From Candidatus Amunia macphersoniae (GTDB lineage Bacteria > Chloroflexota > Dormibacteria > Aeolococcales > Aeolococcaceae): a DNA stretch of 64,000 bases. The notes beneath the pieces were generated by a model, which worked only from the letters and a program-made list of their open reading frames with translations, did not search any database and had not been told where the DNA came from. The translations under genes and the position numbers were made by a program. Below are positions 8,841 to 17,061 of this stretch, one piece after another. The stretch covers positions 65,483-129,482 of the forward strand of contig JAEKNN010000005.1 of assembly GCA_016464795.1 (NCBI GenBank). Reading direction: 5' to 3'. The first letter of the stretch is position 1. The number at the start of each line of letters is the position of its first letter.

Positions 8841-9965
8841 GTGACTTGTGACCATTGCGGTCGCCAGGTGCCGGACGCCGTCTTCTGCACGGCCTGCGGT
8901 GCCCACCAGGGAACCACCGGGCAGAGTGGGAACCCGCGACTGCGGCACACGCATTACGCCGCGCATCCCGGCGAGCACGTCGGCCAACCGTCGGTGTTCT
9001 CCACCATCTTCCCCCATCTCGGCCACGGCCGCATCCACGAGTTCCGCTATGCCTTCCTGGGCGCCTTGGCCGTGCTGATCCTGCTGGTGGGCACGGGGCT
9101 GGTGGTGGCGGCGCTGCTCGGCGCCATCTTCCTGGTGCCAATCCTCTACCTCGTGTACCTGTACGAGGCCCAGGTGTACCGGGATGAGCCGGCGACAGTG
9201 CTCGGCTTCACCATCGGCGGCGGCGTCATCCTCGGCCTGGTGGTCAGCATCGTTGCCGACAAGGTGCTCCAGGGCACTGGCAAGGAAACCACCGTCGGCC
9301 AGATCGTCGGCCTCACTGTGATCCTGCCGATCGTGCAGGTCATCGCCATGGCGCTCCCCGCAGTTCTCCTGCGCGGCCGCCCGGCCTTCCCGGAGACCAT
9401 CGATGGCTTCGCCTTCGGCGTTGCCTCGGGCCTCGGATTCAGTGTCGCCGAGGGTCTGGTGCGATTCTCGAACGTGTTCACCGACCAGGGGCTGCAGACG
9501 GACTCAGCGAACTGGATCGCCCCGCTCCTCAGCGTCGCCATCCTCATCCCGCTGCTCCATGGCAGCGCCGGCGGCGTGGTCGCCGCCAGCCTGTGGCGGC
9601 GAGACCGTTCCGGCAACGCGCGCTCCCTCGGACTCGCCGGAGTTGTGGTCGCTGTGGCGCTGAGCATCGCCTTCTACCTCGTCGGTGAGCTGCTCCAGAT
9701 CAACGGTGTTGCCGCCCTCGTGGTGCTGGCGTTCCAGGTGCTGCCCGTCGCAGCACTGCTCGTGTACGCCCGGTTCCTGATGCACCACGCTCTCCTGGAG
9801 GAGGCAGCCGACATGGGATTCCGTCCTGCGGTGTGTCCGCACTGCCATCGCCACATCGTGGCCGCCGGCTTCTGTCCCAGCTGTGGGGTGGCGATCAGCG
9901 CGGGGCCACGATCCCAGGCGGACCTTGGTGACCCCATGGCCGCCGGCGCCGCGGAGGTCCGCTAG
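8841..9965 (+). CDS. PrsW-family-like polytopic membrane protein with N-terminal and C-terminal zinc-ribbon domains (module A)
   Basis: GTG start at 8841 preceded by GGAGG. N-terminal CDHCGRQVPDAVFCTACG and C-terminal CPHCHRHIVAAGFCPSCG ribbons. The core aligns to B. subtilis PrsW blocks: YLYEAQVYRDEP versus YFYLKDQYDNEP, FGVASGLGF versus YGASVSLGF, LLHGS versus LLHGS. It contains six or more TM helices. Confidence 0.7.
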   Translation: MTCDHCGRQVPDAVFCTACGAHQGTTGQSGNPRLRHTHYAAHPGEHVGQPSVFSTIFPHLGHGRIHEFRYAFLGALAVLILLVGTGLVVAALLGAIFLVPILYLVYLYEAQVYRDEPATVLGFTIGGGVILGLVVSIVADKVLQGTGKETTVGQIVGLTVILPIVQVIAMALPAVLLRGRPAFPETIDGFAFGVASGLGFSVAEGLVRFSNVFTDQGLQTDSANWIAPLLSVAILIPLLHGSAGGVVAASLWRRDRSGNARSLGLAGVVVAVALSIAFYLVGELLQINGVAALVVLAFQVLPVAALLVYARFLMHHALLEEAADMGFRPAVCPHCHRHIVAAGFCPSCGVAISAGPRSQADLGDPMAAGAAEVR

Positions 9966-10949
9966 ATGCCCCTCGGGTGCACCCGCTGCGGCACCGTCAA
10001 CCCCGATGGCAACGCCTTCTGCCAGAACTGCGGCGCTTCCCTGGCGGCCGCGGCACCACCGGGTCCTGCGCAGCAGTCTCCTCCGGCGACGCCGCAGCAG
10101 CCGGCACCTGCGTGGGCGCCTGGCCCGGCAGCCGCCGCGCCAGCGGCCGTCGTCGTCCCGCCGACGTACTACGCGAATCCCGCGCAGAGCCAGTACTACG
10201 CACCCCCGCTGGCCGCTCCTGGCGGTACGGGCCAAGTCCACCGGCTCTCGCGCAATGCACTGTTCGCGATCATCGGCAGTGCCGTCCTGGTAATCGCCGG
10301 CGTGGGAGCCATCGTCGCTCTCGCCGGCAAGGGGCCCAAGCCAACCCCGTACAGCCCACCGCCGGTGGTCTCAGCGGCCCCAGTCACATCCGGCCCAGTG
10401 ACCCCAAGTCCAACCAGCTCGGGCGCACCCCGGCCGACTCCACCGCCGGGCGGCCAGACCGGCCAGGTGATCAACGTGGGCTTCGCCTCCTTCCCGGCGA
10501 TCAGCGGGTTCACCCAGCAGACTGCTCAGGGCAACGTGACGGAGCTCGACCCCAATGACAAGAGTGGCCAGCTGTTCGTCGCCATGCTCCCCGCGGGCGC
10601 GATCACCACCAATCAGCAGGTGAGCGACAGCCTGCTCGCAGGTGATGCCAAGTCGTCTCCGGACGCGGTGCGGTGCTCGCCCGACGCTCCGGGACCGACG
10701 CTCGCCGGAACCGGCGGGGCGCAGATCGCCACCGTGGTGGTGACCATCTGCGAGACGCTGACCCCCCAGAACGGCCAGGCATTCAAAGCCGTCGATGCGT
10801 ACGTGGCCGGCCTCGCCAAGGACTCCAGCGGCGCCCCGGTGCAGGTGCTGATCAACCCCTTCGCACCCGACTCGAGCTTCGCCAACTTCGTCAAGGAGAT
10901 CCCGCAGGGCTGGGCCAGCCAGGTCCAATTCAACGCCACGGCGCGCTGA
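9966..10949 (+). CDS. Single-pass membrane protein: N-terminal cytoplasmic zinc ribbon, Pro-rich linker, TM helix, extracytoplasmic domain of unknown function (module A partner)
   Basis: CTRCGTVNPDGNAFCQNCG zinc-ribbon. Pro/Ala/Gln-rich low-complexity linker. TM helix ALFAIIGSAVLVIAGVGAIVALA. Globular C-terminal region of about 200 aa. The ATG directly abuts the stop of the PrsW-like gene (TAGATG). Confidence 0.65.
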   Translation: MPLGCTRCGTVNPDGNAFCQNCGASLAAAAPPGPAQQSPPATPQQPAPAWAPGPAAAAPAAVVVPPTYYANPAQSQYYAPPLAAPGGTGQVHRLSRNALFAIIGSAVLVIAGVGAIVALAGKGPKPTPYSPPPVVSAAPVTSGPVTPSPTSSGAPRPTPPPGGQTGQVINVGFASFPAISGFTQQTAQGNVTELDPNDKSGQLFVAMLPAGAITTNQQVSDSLLAGDAKSSPDAVRCSPDAPGPTLAGTGGAQIATVVVTICETLTPQNGQAFKAVDAYVAGLAKDSSGAPVQVLINPFAPDSSFANFVKEIPQGWASQVQFNATAR

Positions 10950-10975
10950 GGCGCCGAGCCGGAATATTCACGCCA

Positions 10976-12670
10976 GTGCCACACCGCCCGCGCAAGCTCA
11001 CCGCCTGCTTCGTCGTCCTCACCGCAGCGCTCGCGGGCTGCGCCTCGGCCACGTCCACGAATGGTCCGTCGCCGCGCCCCGCGCGCGTCGCTGAGGACCC
11101 GAGCCGCCCGTCGCTTGCCGCCGCCATCCGTCTGGGCAGAGACCTGGGCCCGATCGCGGCCGACCAGACGCTCACCGTCAGCCTCGGACTGCAGGGTCGC
11201 GATCAGGCGGCCCTGGCGGCGCTGGTCGCCCGCGGCGGGCGGGTCACGCCTGCGCAGTACGCGCAACGTTTCGGGCCCGCCCCCACAGCGGTCGCGGCGG
11301 TGGTGGCGACGCTCTCCGCCGCCGGGCTGCACGAGCAATGGCAGGCTGGTCAGCCGGTGCTCTCCGTGTCGGGCCCGGCCGGTGCCATCGAACGCACCTT
11401 CTCCGTGGCGGTTCACAACCACATCGGTCCTGACGGCACCCGGTTCCACGCTCCCACCCATGCGCCGACGGTGCCGGCCTCGCTGGCTCCCGAGGTGACC
11501 TCGGTCGCGGGACTGCAGGATTACCCCACCCACCGCACTCAGGACCTGACCAACCCCAGCGGCTTCCGGCCGACCGACGCCGCCGACTTCTACGACGTCG
11601 CGCCGCTGCAGAAGGCCGGGCTCAACGGGACAGGCCAGACGATCTACCTGGTGGAGATCGACGAGTTCGGCGCTCCGGCCCTCCAGGCCTACGCGTCCAA
11701 GTTCAACCTGCCGCCGTTCGACGTCACAGTCAAGCGGGACCCCACCAGCTGGGGTGATCCTGGCGCCGAGGGCAACAGCTCCAGCGAGACCGATCTCGAC
11801 CTCGAGATCATCCATGGCATTGCCCCCATGGCCAAGCTGGTCGTGTATTACGCCAGCGGCAAGGGGGACAACGTCGACAAGGCGCTCCGAGCTCTCGTGC
11901 AGGATCACCCGGCGAGCATCGTGACCATCAGCCTGGGGCAGTGTGAGGCCAGCGTCGACCCAGCCGTCCCGCCGCAGGACGATGCCGCCACCACCGCGGC
12001 CGCCGCCAGCGGGACCACCATCTTCGTCTCCAGCGGGGACCGGGGAGCGTATGAGTGCATCCCCAACGGTGACAACAACACCGTGTCGCCGAACTACATC
12101 TCGGCGCTGCCCTCGGTGACCTCAGTGGGCGGCACCACGGTGTACATGAGCGCGACCGGCGGCTACGGCCGCGAGTCTGCCTGGGGAGAACCCGCCGAGC
12201 AGTGGGGCTCGGGCGGCGGCAACAGCAAATTCTTCAAGCTGCCCGCCTGGCAGACCGGTCCCGGTGTCAAGAACCAGTTCTCCGATGGCAGCCGCCAGCA
12301 GCCCGACGTGGCTGCCAACGCCGACAGCCTCAGCGGCTGGGACATCTTCGGCTCGCAGCCCGGCGCCGAGGGTACGGTGGGCGGTACCTCCGCGGCCGCG
12401 CCGTTCTGGGCGGCGCTCACCGCGCTCGTCGACCAGAACCTTGCTCAGCTGAAGCTGCCCTCGGTCGGATTCGCCAATCCCCCGCTCTATGCCTTCGCCC
12501 AGAACCCCTCCGGGCTCCCCGCCAACCCGTTCCATGACATCGTCACCGGCACCAACCTGTTGAACCCGGCGACGCCGGGCTGGGACTACGCAACGGGCCT
12601 GGGCAGCCCCGACGCGGGCGCGCTGGCAGACGACTTCGAGTGGTACGAGAAGAACGTGGCGCCGCATTGA
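10976..12670 (+). CDS. S53 (sedolisin/kumamolisin-like) serine-carboxyl peptidase lipoprotein with an N-terminal pro-domain
   Basis: GTG start. Signal peptide with lipobox LTAALAGCAS. Pro-kumamolisin activation-like N-terminal domain. Catalytic-domain motifs IYLVEIDEFG, SSGDRGAYEC and the Ser-nucleophile block GGTSAAAPFWAAL. Confidence 0.82.
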   Translation: MPHRPRKLTACFVVLTAALAGCASATSTNGPSPRPARVAEDPSRPSLAAAIRLGRDLGPIAADQTLTVSLGLQGRDQAALAALVARGGRVTPAQYAQRFGPAPTAVAAVVATLSAAGLHEQWQAGQPVLSVSGPAGAIERTFSVAVHNHIGPDGTRFHAPTHAPTVPASLAPEVTSVAGLQDYPTHRTQDLTNPSGFRPTDAADFYDVAPLQKAGLNGTGQTIYLVEIDEFGAPALQAYASKFNLPPFDVTVKRDPTSWGDPGAEGNSSSETDLDLEIIHGIAPMAKLVVYYASGKGDNVDKALRALVQDHPASIVTISLGQCEASVDPAVPPQDDAATTAAAASGTTIFVSSGDRGAYECIPNGDNNTVSPNYISALPSVTSVGGTTVYMSATGGYGRESAWGEPAEQWGSGGGNSKFFKLPAWQTGPGVKNQFSDGSRQQPDVAANADSLSGWDIFGSQPGAEGTVGGTSAAAPFWAALTALVDQNLAQLKLPSVGFANPPLYAFAQNPSGLPANPFHDIVTGTNLLNPATPGWDYATGLGSPDAGALADDFEWYEKNVAPH

Positions 12671-12683
12671 TGGCGGCAATGCA

Positions 12684-13847
12684 ATGACCCAGCAACAGCC
12701 GCCGCCGCCGAGCGCTGCCGTGACCCTGGAGTCATGCCATCACTGCGGTGAGCTGGTCCCCGTCGGTGCCTTCTGTGGGCATTGCGGTTCCAACCTCGTC
12801 GACACCAGTGGCGGTCGTTCCCGCACCCATGCATTCGCGGCCGCGCCCCACGAACAGGTGGCCAGACCCGTGGTGATCAGCACCCTGTTCCCGCACCTGA
12901 CACGGCGTCACGCGCAGAGCTTTCAGCTGGTCCTGGCAGCCGGCATCCTGCTGGTGGTGGCTCTGGCGGCGCTGCAGCTGGTCGCGCCCGCCACCATCGC
13001 CGCCGCCGTGGTGCTGCCGGTGCTCTACCTGCTCTACCTGTATGAGGTGGAGGTGTACCAGCACGAGCCCGTCCAGGTCCTGCTCCTCACCGTGGTCGCC
13101 GGTGCCGCGCTTGGCGTCGCCTTCACACTGGTCACCGGCACATTCACCAGCGCCAGCCTCAACGGCACCCAACAGGGCGTCCTGGTGTCCGCTGTGCTGA
13201 TCCCGGTCATCGCCCAGGTGCTGATGGTGGCCACACCCCTGCTGCTGCTCTCCCACGCCCACTTCGACGAGACGCTCGACGGCCTCACCTTTGGCGTGGC
13301 CACGGCGTTGGGCTTCACCATGGCAACCGTCATCGGCGGCAACTGGCACCTGCTGACCGCGCCGCTGGTGGGCGGAGCCTCCAGCGAGGATGTGCTCAGG
13401 ATCCTTCGCGAGGGCGTGCTGGTGGCGGTGGTCAACGCCAGCACCACGGGCCTGGTGACGGCGGCCCTGTGGCTGCGGGTGCGCCGGCGCTCCCGCCGGC
13501 GTTTCGTCAGCCCCTGGCGTGGTCTCCAGGCCTCGGTGGTGGTGGCTTTCGCCGTGCAGATCGGCCTGGGCCTGGTGTCGTACTACGGACGCAGCCTGCT
13601 CGCGGTGGTGGTCGCGTATGCCATCGTCGCTCCGCTGCTGCTGATCTGGCTGCGCGTGGTGCTCCATTTCGCGCTCCTCGAGGAGGGCGCCGAGCTGGAG
13701 ATCGGTGACGCCACCGCCTGCCCCGAGTGCCATCGCATGGTGCCCACCATGGTCTTCTGCCCCGCCTGCGGCGTCGCCCGCTCGGCCAGCGCGCGTCAGG
13801 CCCGGCCCGAGCTGCCGATGCCGGCAGCAGCGGAGGCTCCGGCCTGA
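12684..13847 (+). CDS. PrsW-family-like polytopic membrane protein with N- and C-terminal zinc ribbons (module B, paralog of 8841-9965)
   Basis: CHHCGELVPVGAFCGHCG N-terminal ribbon and CPECHRMVPTMVFCPACG C-terminal ribbon. Shared blocks with module A (LYLLYLYEVEVYQHEP, LSHAHFDETLDGLTFGVATALGF, LHFALLEEG). The HAHFDE block is identical to B. subtilis PrsW HAHFDE. Confidence 0.7.
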   Translation: MTQQQPPPPSAAVTLESCHHCGELVPVGAFCGHCGSNLVDTSGGRSRTHAFAAAPHEQVARPVVISTLFPHLTRRHAQSFQLVLAAGILLVVALAALQLVAPATIAAAVVLPVLYLLYLYEVEVYQHEPVQVLLLTVVAGAALGVAFTLVTGTFTSASLNGTQQGVLVSAVLIPVIAQVLMVATPLLLLSHAHFDETLDGLTFGVATALGFTMATVIGGNWHLLTAPLVGGASSEDVLRILREGVLVAVVNASTTGLVTAALWLRVRRRSRRRFVSPWRGLQASVVVAFAVQIGLGLVSYYGRSLLAVVVAYAIVAPLLLIWLRVVLHFALLEEGAELEIGDATACPECHRMVPTMVFCPACGVARSASARQARPELPMPAAAEAPA

Positions 13848-14641
13848 TGGTGCAGGCACCCGTCATCGGTTTCTGCGGCCGCTGCGGAGCGCCCTTCACC
13901 GCTGCCTCCGGCAGCTTCTGTGGCCGCTGCGGCAACCCCGTGGCAGCCGCGCCGCCGGTGGCCTCGGGCTACACCTACCCGGTGGCGCCTCCCGGCAGCG
14001 TCCCGGCGATGCAGCACAAGCTCTCGCGGCAAAGGCTGTGGATCTTCGGCGCCGGCGCGGTCATCGCCCTGGTGGTGATCATGACCGTGGTGGTGGTGGT
14101 GGTCCGGCCGCTGGGCACGACCTGCCACTTCTCGTGCTCCAGCCAGCATGGACCGCCGCTGGTGGGCAACTCGCTCTACAAGAACGACAAGTTCGGCTAT
14201 TCCGTCGAGTACCTGGCGGCCAGCACCAAGGTCGCCTCGAGCGATGCCAACGGCGTCGTTCTGAACGTCGGTCAGGGATCGCAGATCAGCTTCACGGGCA
14301 CCTCGGGCACCGATGTGGATGGTGCCCTGCAGTCGGCCTTCAAGGGCATCGACTCCAACACCTTCCAGGACCTCCAGCCGGTCGGGCCGGTGCGCGGCGC
14401 GGAGATCGGCAACGTGCCCGCCAAAGGGACTGCCTACAAGGGCAACTTCGTCCCGCCCAACGGGGGGGCGAGCGGGCCGGTTGGCGCCATCGTCATGGCC
14501 GCATCCTTCAACAACGTGACGGTGGTCACCGTGATGTTCAGCGGCTACTCGACCGACCAGGCCAACCAGCCGTATGGGCTGGCGGAGGGCTCGTCGCTCG
14601 ACTACCCGATCACGCTGACCCACTTCCCCGGGTCGCCATAG
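13847..14641 (+). CDS. Single-pass membrane protein with an N-terminal zinc ribbon, TM helix and extracytoplasmic domain (module B partner)
   Basis: The ATG overlaps the upstream stop (ATGA). FCGRCGAPFTAASGSFCGRCG ribbon. TM helix IFGAGAVIALVVIMTVVVVVV. C-terminal globular region of about 180 aa. Confidence 0.65.
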   Translation: MVQAPVIGFCGRCGAPFTAASGSFCGRCGNPVAAAPPVASGYTYPVAPPGSVPAMQHKLSRQRLWIFGAGAVIALVVIMTVVVVVVRPLGTTCHFSCSSQHGPPLVGNSLYKNDKFGYSVEYLAASTKVASSDANGVVLNVGQGSQISFTGTSGTDVDGALQSAFKGIDSNTFQDLQPVGPVRGAEIGNVPAKGTAYKGNFVPPNGGASGPVGAIVMAASFNNVTVVTVMFSGYSTDQANQPYGLAEGSSLDYPITLTHFPGSP

Positions 14642-14652
14642 TCCGAGGCCCT

Positions 14653-16992
14653 TCAGCGGCCAGTCCGGGTGCGCCGGCGGCGGCGCCGCGCTGCCACTGA
14701 GGCGACGCCGATCACCAACCCGCCGGCGCCCATGGCGCCCAGGGCTCCCATCTCCGCGAGAGCAGTCGGCGGCGTGGATTGCGGGACAGTGGTCTCGATG
14801 GCGCTGACGCAGCCCGGCGGCGGTGTGCCGATCACCACGTACGCCGCAGCCCCCAGGTTGCCCCCGGCGCGGCCGGCGTTGTTGGTCGCCGACACGGCGA
14901 TGACCGCGGTGTTGGCCGGAACCTGGGACAGGGTGAGCTTCTCGGCGGTGCCGGCAGGGGATGCGGGTGCCACCAGGGCGGGCTCCGGGAACCCGGGAGA
15001 GGATCCCTCCGCCGAACAGGCGTAGGTGCGCACCTCGAAGTTGACAGCGTTGCCGCAGGCACCGTGACCGGTGGGCGCGGTGAAGGAGAGCGACTCACCG
15101 CCGCCAGTGGGGGCGCCGCTGAGGTCGGTGATGGTGGACGGCCGGTCCGCGACGGTGCTGAGGTTGCCGGTGTTCCAGCCGTCGTGACGGAACTTCGGCG
15201 ACGAGGCCACGGCGCAGGCGTTGGCCGGTGTGTTCCAGACGAACAGTGATCCCGATCGGGTCAGCGACACCAGCTTCAGGTTGGGGTCGGTGCCCAGGGT
15301 GGTCACCAGGGGCACGGCGATGGTCCAGTCGCCGGTGTTTTTGGTGAAGCCGGGGAGCTCGGCGCCTGCCGGCGTGATCGCGCGCAGGTCCGAGGTCGCC
15401 GAACCCTCGATGAGCTCCTGCAGGCCGGTCCCGCCCGGACCGATGTCGGCTGCTGCCGGTCCCGCGAGGAACTGCAGGTCGTTGACGAAGTGGGGGTAGG
15501 CAGGGTGCATCTTGCCGGTACTGACGCTCCAGGCGGCCAGCTGGTTCTGGGCGTTGAGCTGGTGATCGTTGATGGCCACGTCGAGCAGCTTCTTGGTGCC
15601 ACTGGTGGCGGTGGTGTAGACGATGTCCCCAGACCCGGTGAGGTCGGCGAACGCACCCTCACCGAAGGCCGGGACATAGGGTGAATCGACGCTGTTGCCA
15701 CCGCTGTTGACAGTGGAGTCCAGGGAGCGCTGCTGCGACGACGACCCGTCAGCGCCCGCCCCGGTGCCGTAGCAGGAGCTGCCGTCCGACTGGAACACGT
15801 ATGCAGGACCGGCAGCTGACGAGACGCCCACCTTGAGCCCCGGCTGGTTGCTGACCGGGCAGCTGAAGGCCGCCAGCGAGGCGCCGGTGTCGATGCCGGT
15901 CCCCACCTCGGGCAGGACCGACATGTCGGCGATGCCCACCTTCACCGGCCAGTGTGGCGCGTAGGCATTGCTCGGCACGGCCGCGGGTGGCGCGGCCATG
16001 CACGTTGAGAGTCCGTGGCAGTAGCCATCGGAGTACACCGCGTACAGTCGGCTGTTGCCGGTGGGAACCAGACCTGTCGACTGGAGGACCTGGGCGAGCG
16101 GGAATGAGTCGGCGGTGGCGTTGAAGCCGCCGTCACGGGCCGAGGCGTACTCTTCGTTGCGGCCGACGAGGATCTCCTGATGCCCATCACCGAGCAGGTC
16201 GCCGACAGCAGCCGTGCTGACGATCTTGGTACCGATATCCGCGCCACTGTTGGCCACCAGTGTCACCCGGTGGGTCACCGGGTCGACCGACTGCACCTTC
16301 TCGGGGGATGCGAGCAACACCGGGAAGCCCGGGCGCTGCGCACCGTCGCCGTTCCAGGCGTAGAGGTGCCGGTCCAGCGACCCGTCGATGATCGACAGCT
16401 GTCCGTTCTTGTCGAGGTCGGCCAGGGTCGGCGAGGCGAGGAAGCCGAACTGCACGCGGTTGTCGGTGTTGCGGTTGAAGAACGGCGGGGTTCCCTGGGC
16501 GCTGTAGTCGGGGTTGGCGCGCACCGGGAAGCCGGGGCGAAGACTGCCGTCCGCCTCGAAGGCGTAGATGTAGCCTGACATGTCGGCAGCGACCACCTCG
16601 AGGTGACCGGTGCGGTCGAGGTCGCCGACGGCGACGCTGGCGATGATCGCCGAGTGCACCCGCCCCGCCGCCGCGGCCACCTCAGGGTCCCTGAAGGCGG
16701 CCTCACCGGTGTGGTAGGCAAGCGGGCTCACCGACACCGGCCACCCCGGCAGTTCGGCGCCGTCGCTCCTGAGCGCGTGGACCTGGCCGTCGCTGGTGCC
16801 GAAGACTATCTCGTTCTGGTTGTTGCCGAGCAGGTCTGCCGCCGCCGGAGAGCTGGCCCCGTCGGCGCCGAGCTGCAGAGGAAAGTTGGCCGCCGACGTG
16901 CCCACACCCGCGACTGAGTCGTCGTGGTGCGACTGCAGGGTCTTGCGATCCTCGCCGGTCAGATGGTGGTCATCTGTCACCTGGACGCGCAC
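14653..16992 (-). CDS. FG-GAP/beta-propeller repeat surface-protein segment with a C-terminal membrane anchor. It is in the same reading frame as the upstream S8 peptidase, separated only by one TAG codon, so it is probably the C-terminal part of a split or read-through subtilase gene
   Basis: Repeated FG-GAP-like units (VAVGDLDRTGHLEVV, DLDKNGQLSIIDGS, AVGDLLGDGHQEILVG, ADLTGSGDIVY). No N-terminal signal peptide. C-terminal anchor [23 protein letters not shown]. 19020 and 16992 are congruent mod 3, and the 23 codons between the TAG and the first start codon contain no stop. Confidence 0.6.
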   Translation of the reverse strand: MRVQVTDDHHLTGEDRKTLQSHHDDSVAGVGTSAANFPLQLGADGASSPAAADLLGNNQNEIVFGTSDGQVHALRSDGAELPGWPVSVSPLAYHTGEAAFRDPEVAAAAGRVHSAIIASVAVGDLDRTGHLEVVAADMSGYIYAFEADGSLRPGFPVRANPDYSAQGTPPFFNRNTDNRVQFGFLASPTLADLDKNGQLSIIDGSLDRHLYAWNGDGAQRPGFPVLLASPEKVQSVDPVTHRVTLVANSGADIGTKIVSTAAVGDLLGDGHQEILVGRNEEYASARDGGFNATADSFPLAQVLQSTGLVPTGNSRLYAVYSDGYCHGLSTCMAAPPAAVPSNAYAPHWPVKVGIADMSVLPEVGTGIDTGASLAAFSCPVSNQPGLKVGVSSAAGPAYVFQSDGSSCYGTGAGADGSSSQQRSLDSTVNSGGNSVDSPYVPAFGEGAFADLTGSGDIVYTTATSGTKKLLDVAINDHQLNAQNQLAAWSVSTGKMHPAYPHFVNDLQFLAGPAAADIGPGGTGLQELIEGSATSDLRAITPAGAELPGFTKNTGDWTIAVPLVTTLGTDPNLKLVSLTRSGSLFVWNTPANACAVASSPKFRHDGWNTGNLSTVADRPSTITDLSGAPTGGGESLSFTAPTGHGACGNAVNFEVRTYACSAEGSSPGFPEPALVAPASPAGTAEKLTLSQVPANTAVIAVSATNNAGRAGGNLGAAAYVVIGTPPPGCVSAIETTVPQSTPPTALAEMGALGAMGAGGLVIGVASVAARRRRRRTRTGR

Positions 16993-17061
16993 CGTCAGCG
17001 CGAACTGGTCCCAGTCCGGTGTCAGCCGCGCGTTGGTGCTGACCGGCGCCGAGCGCCAGTC

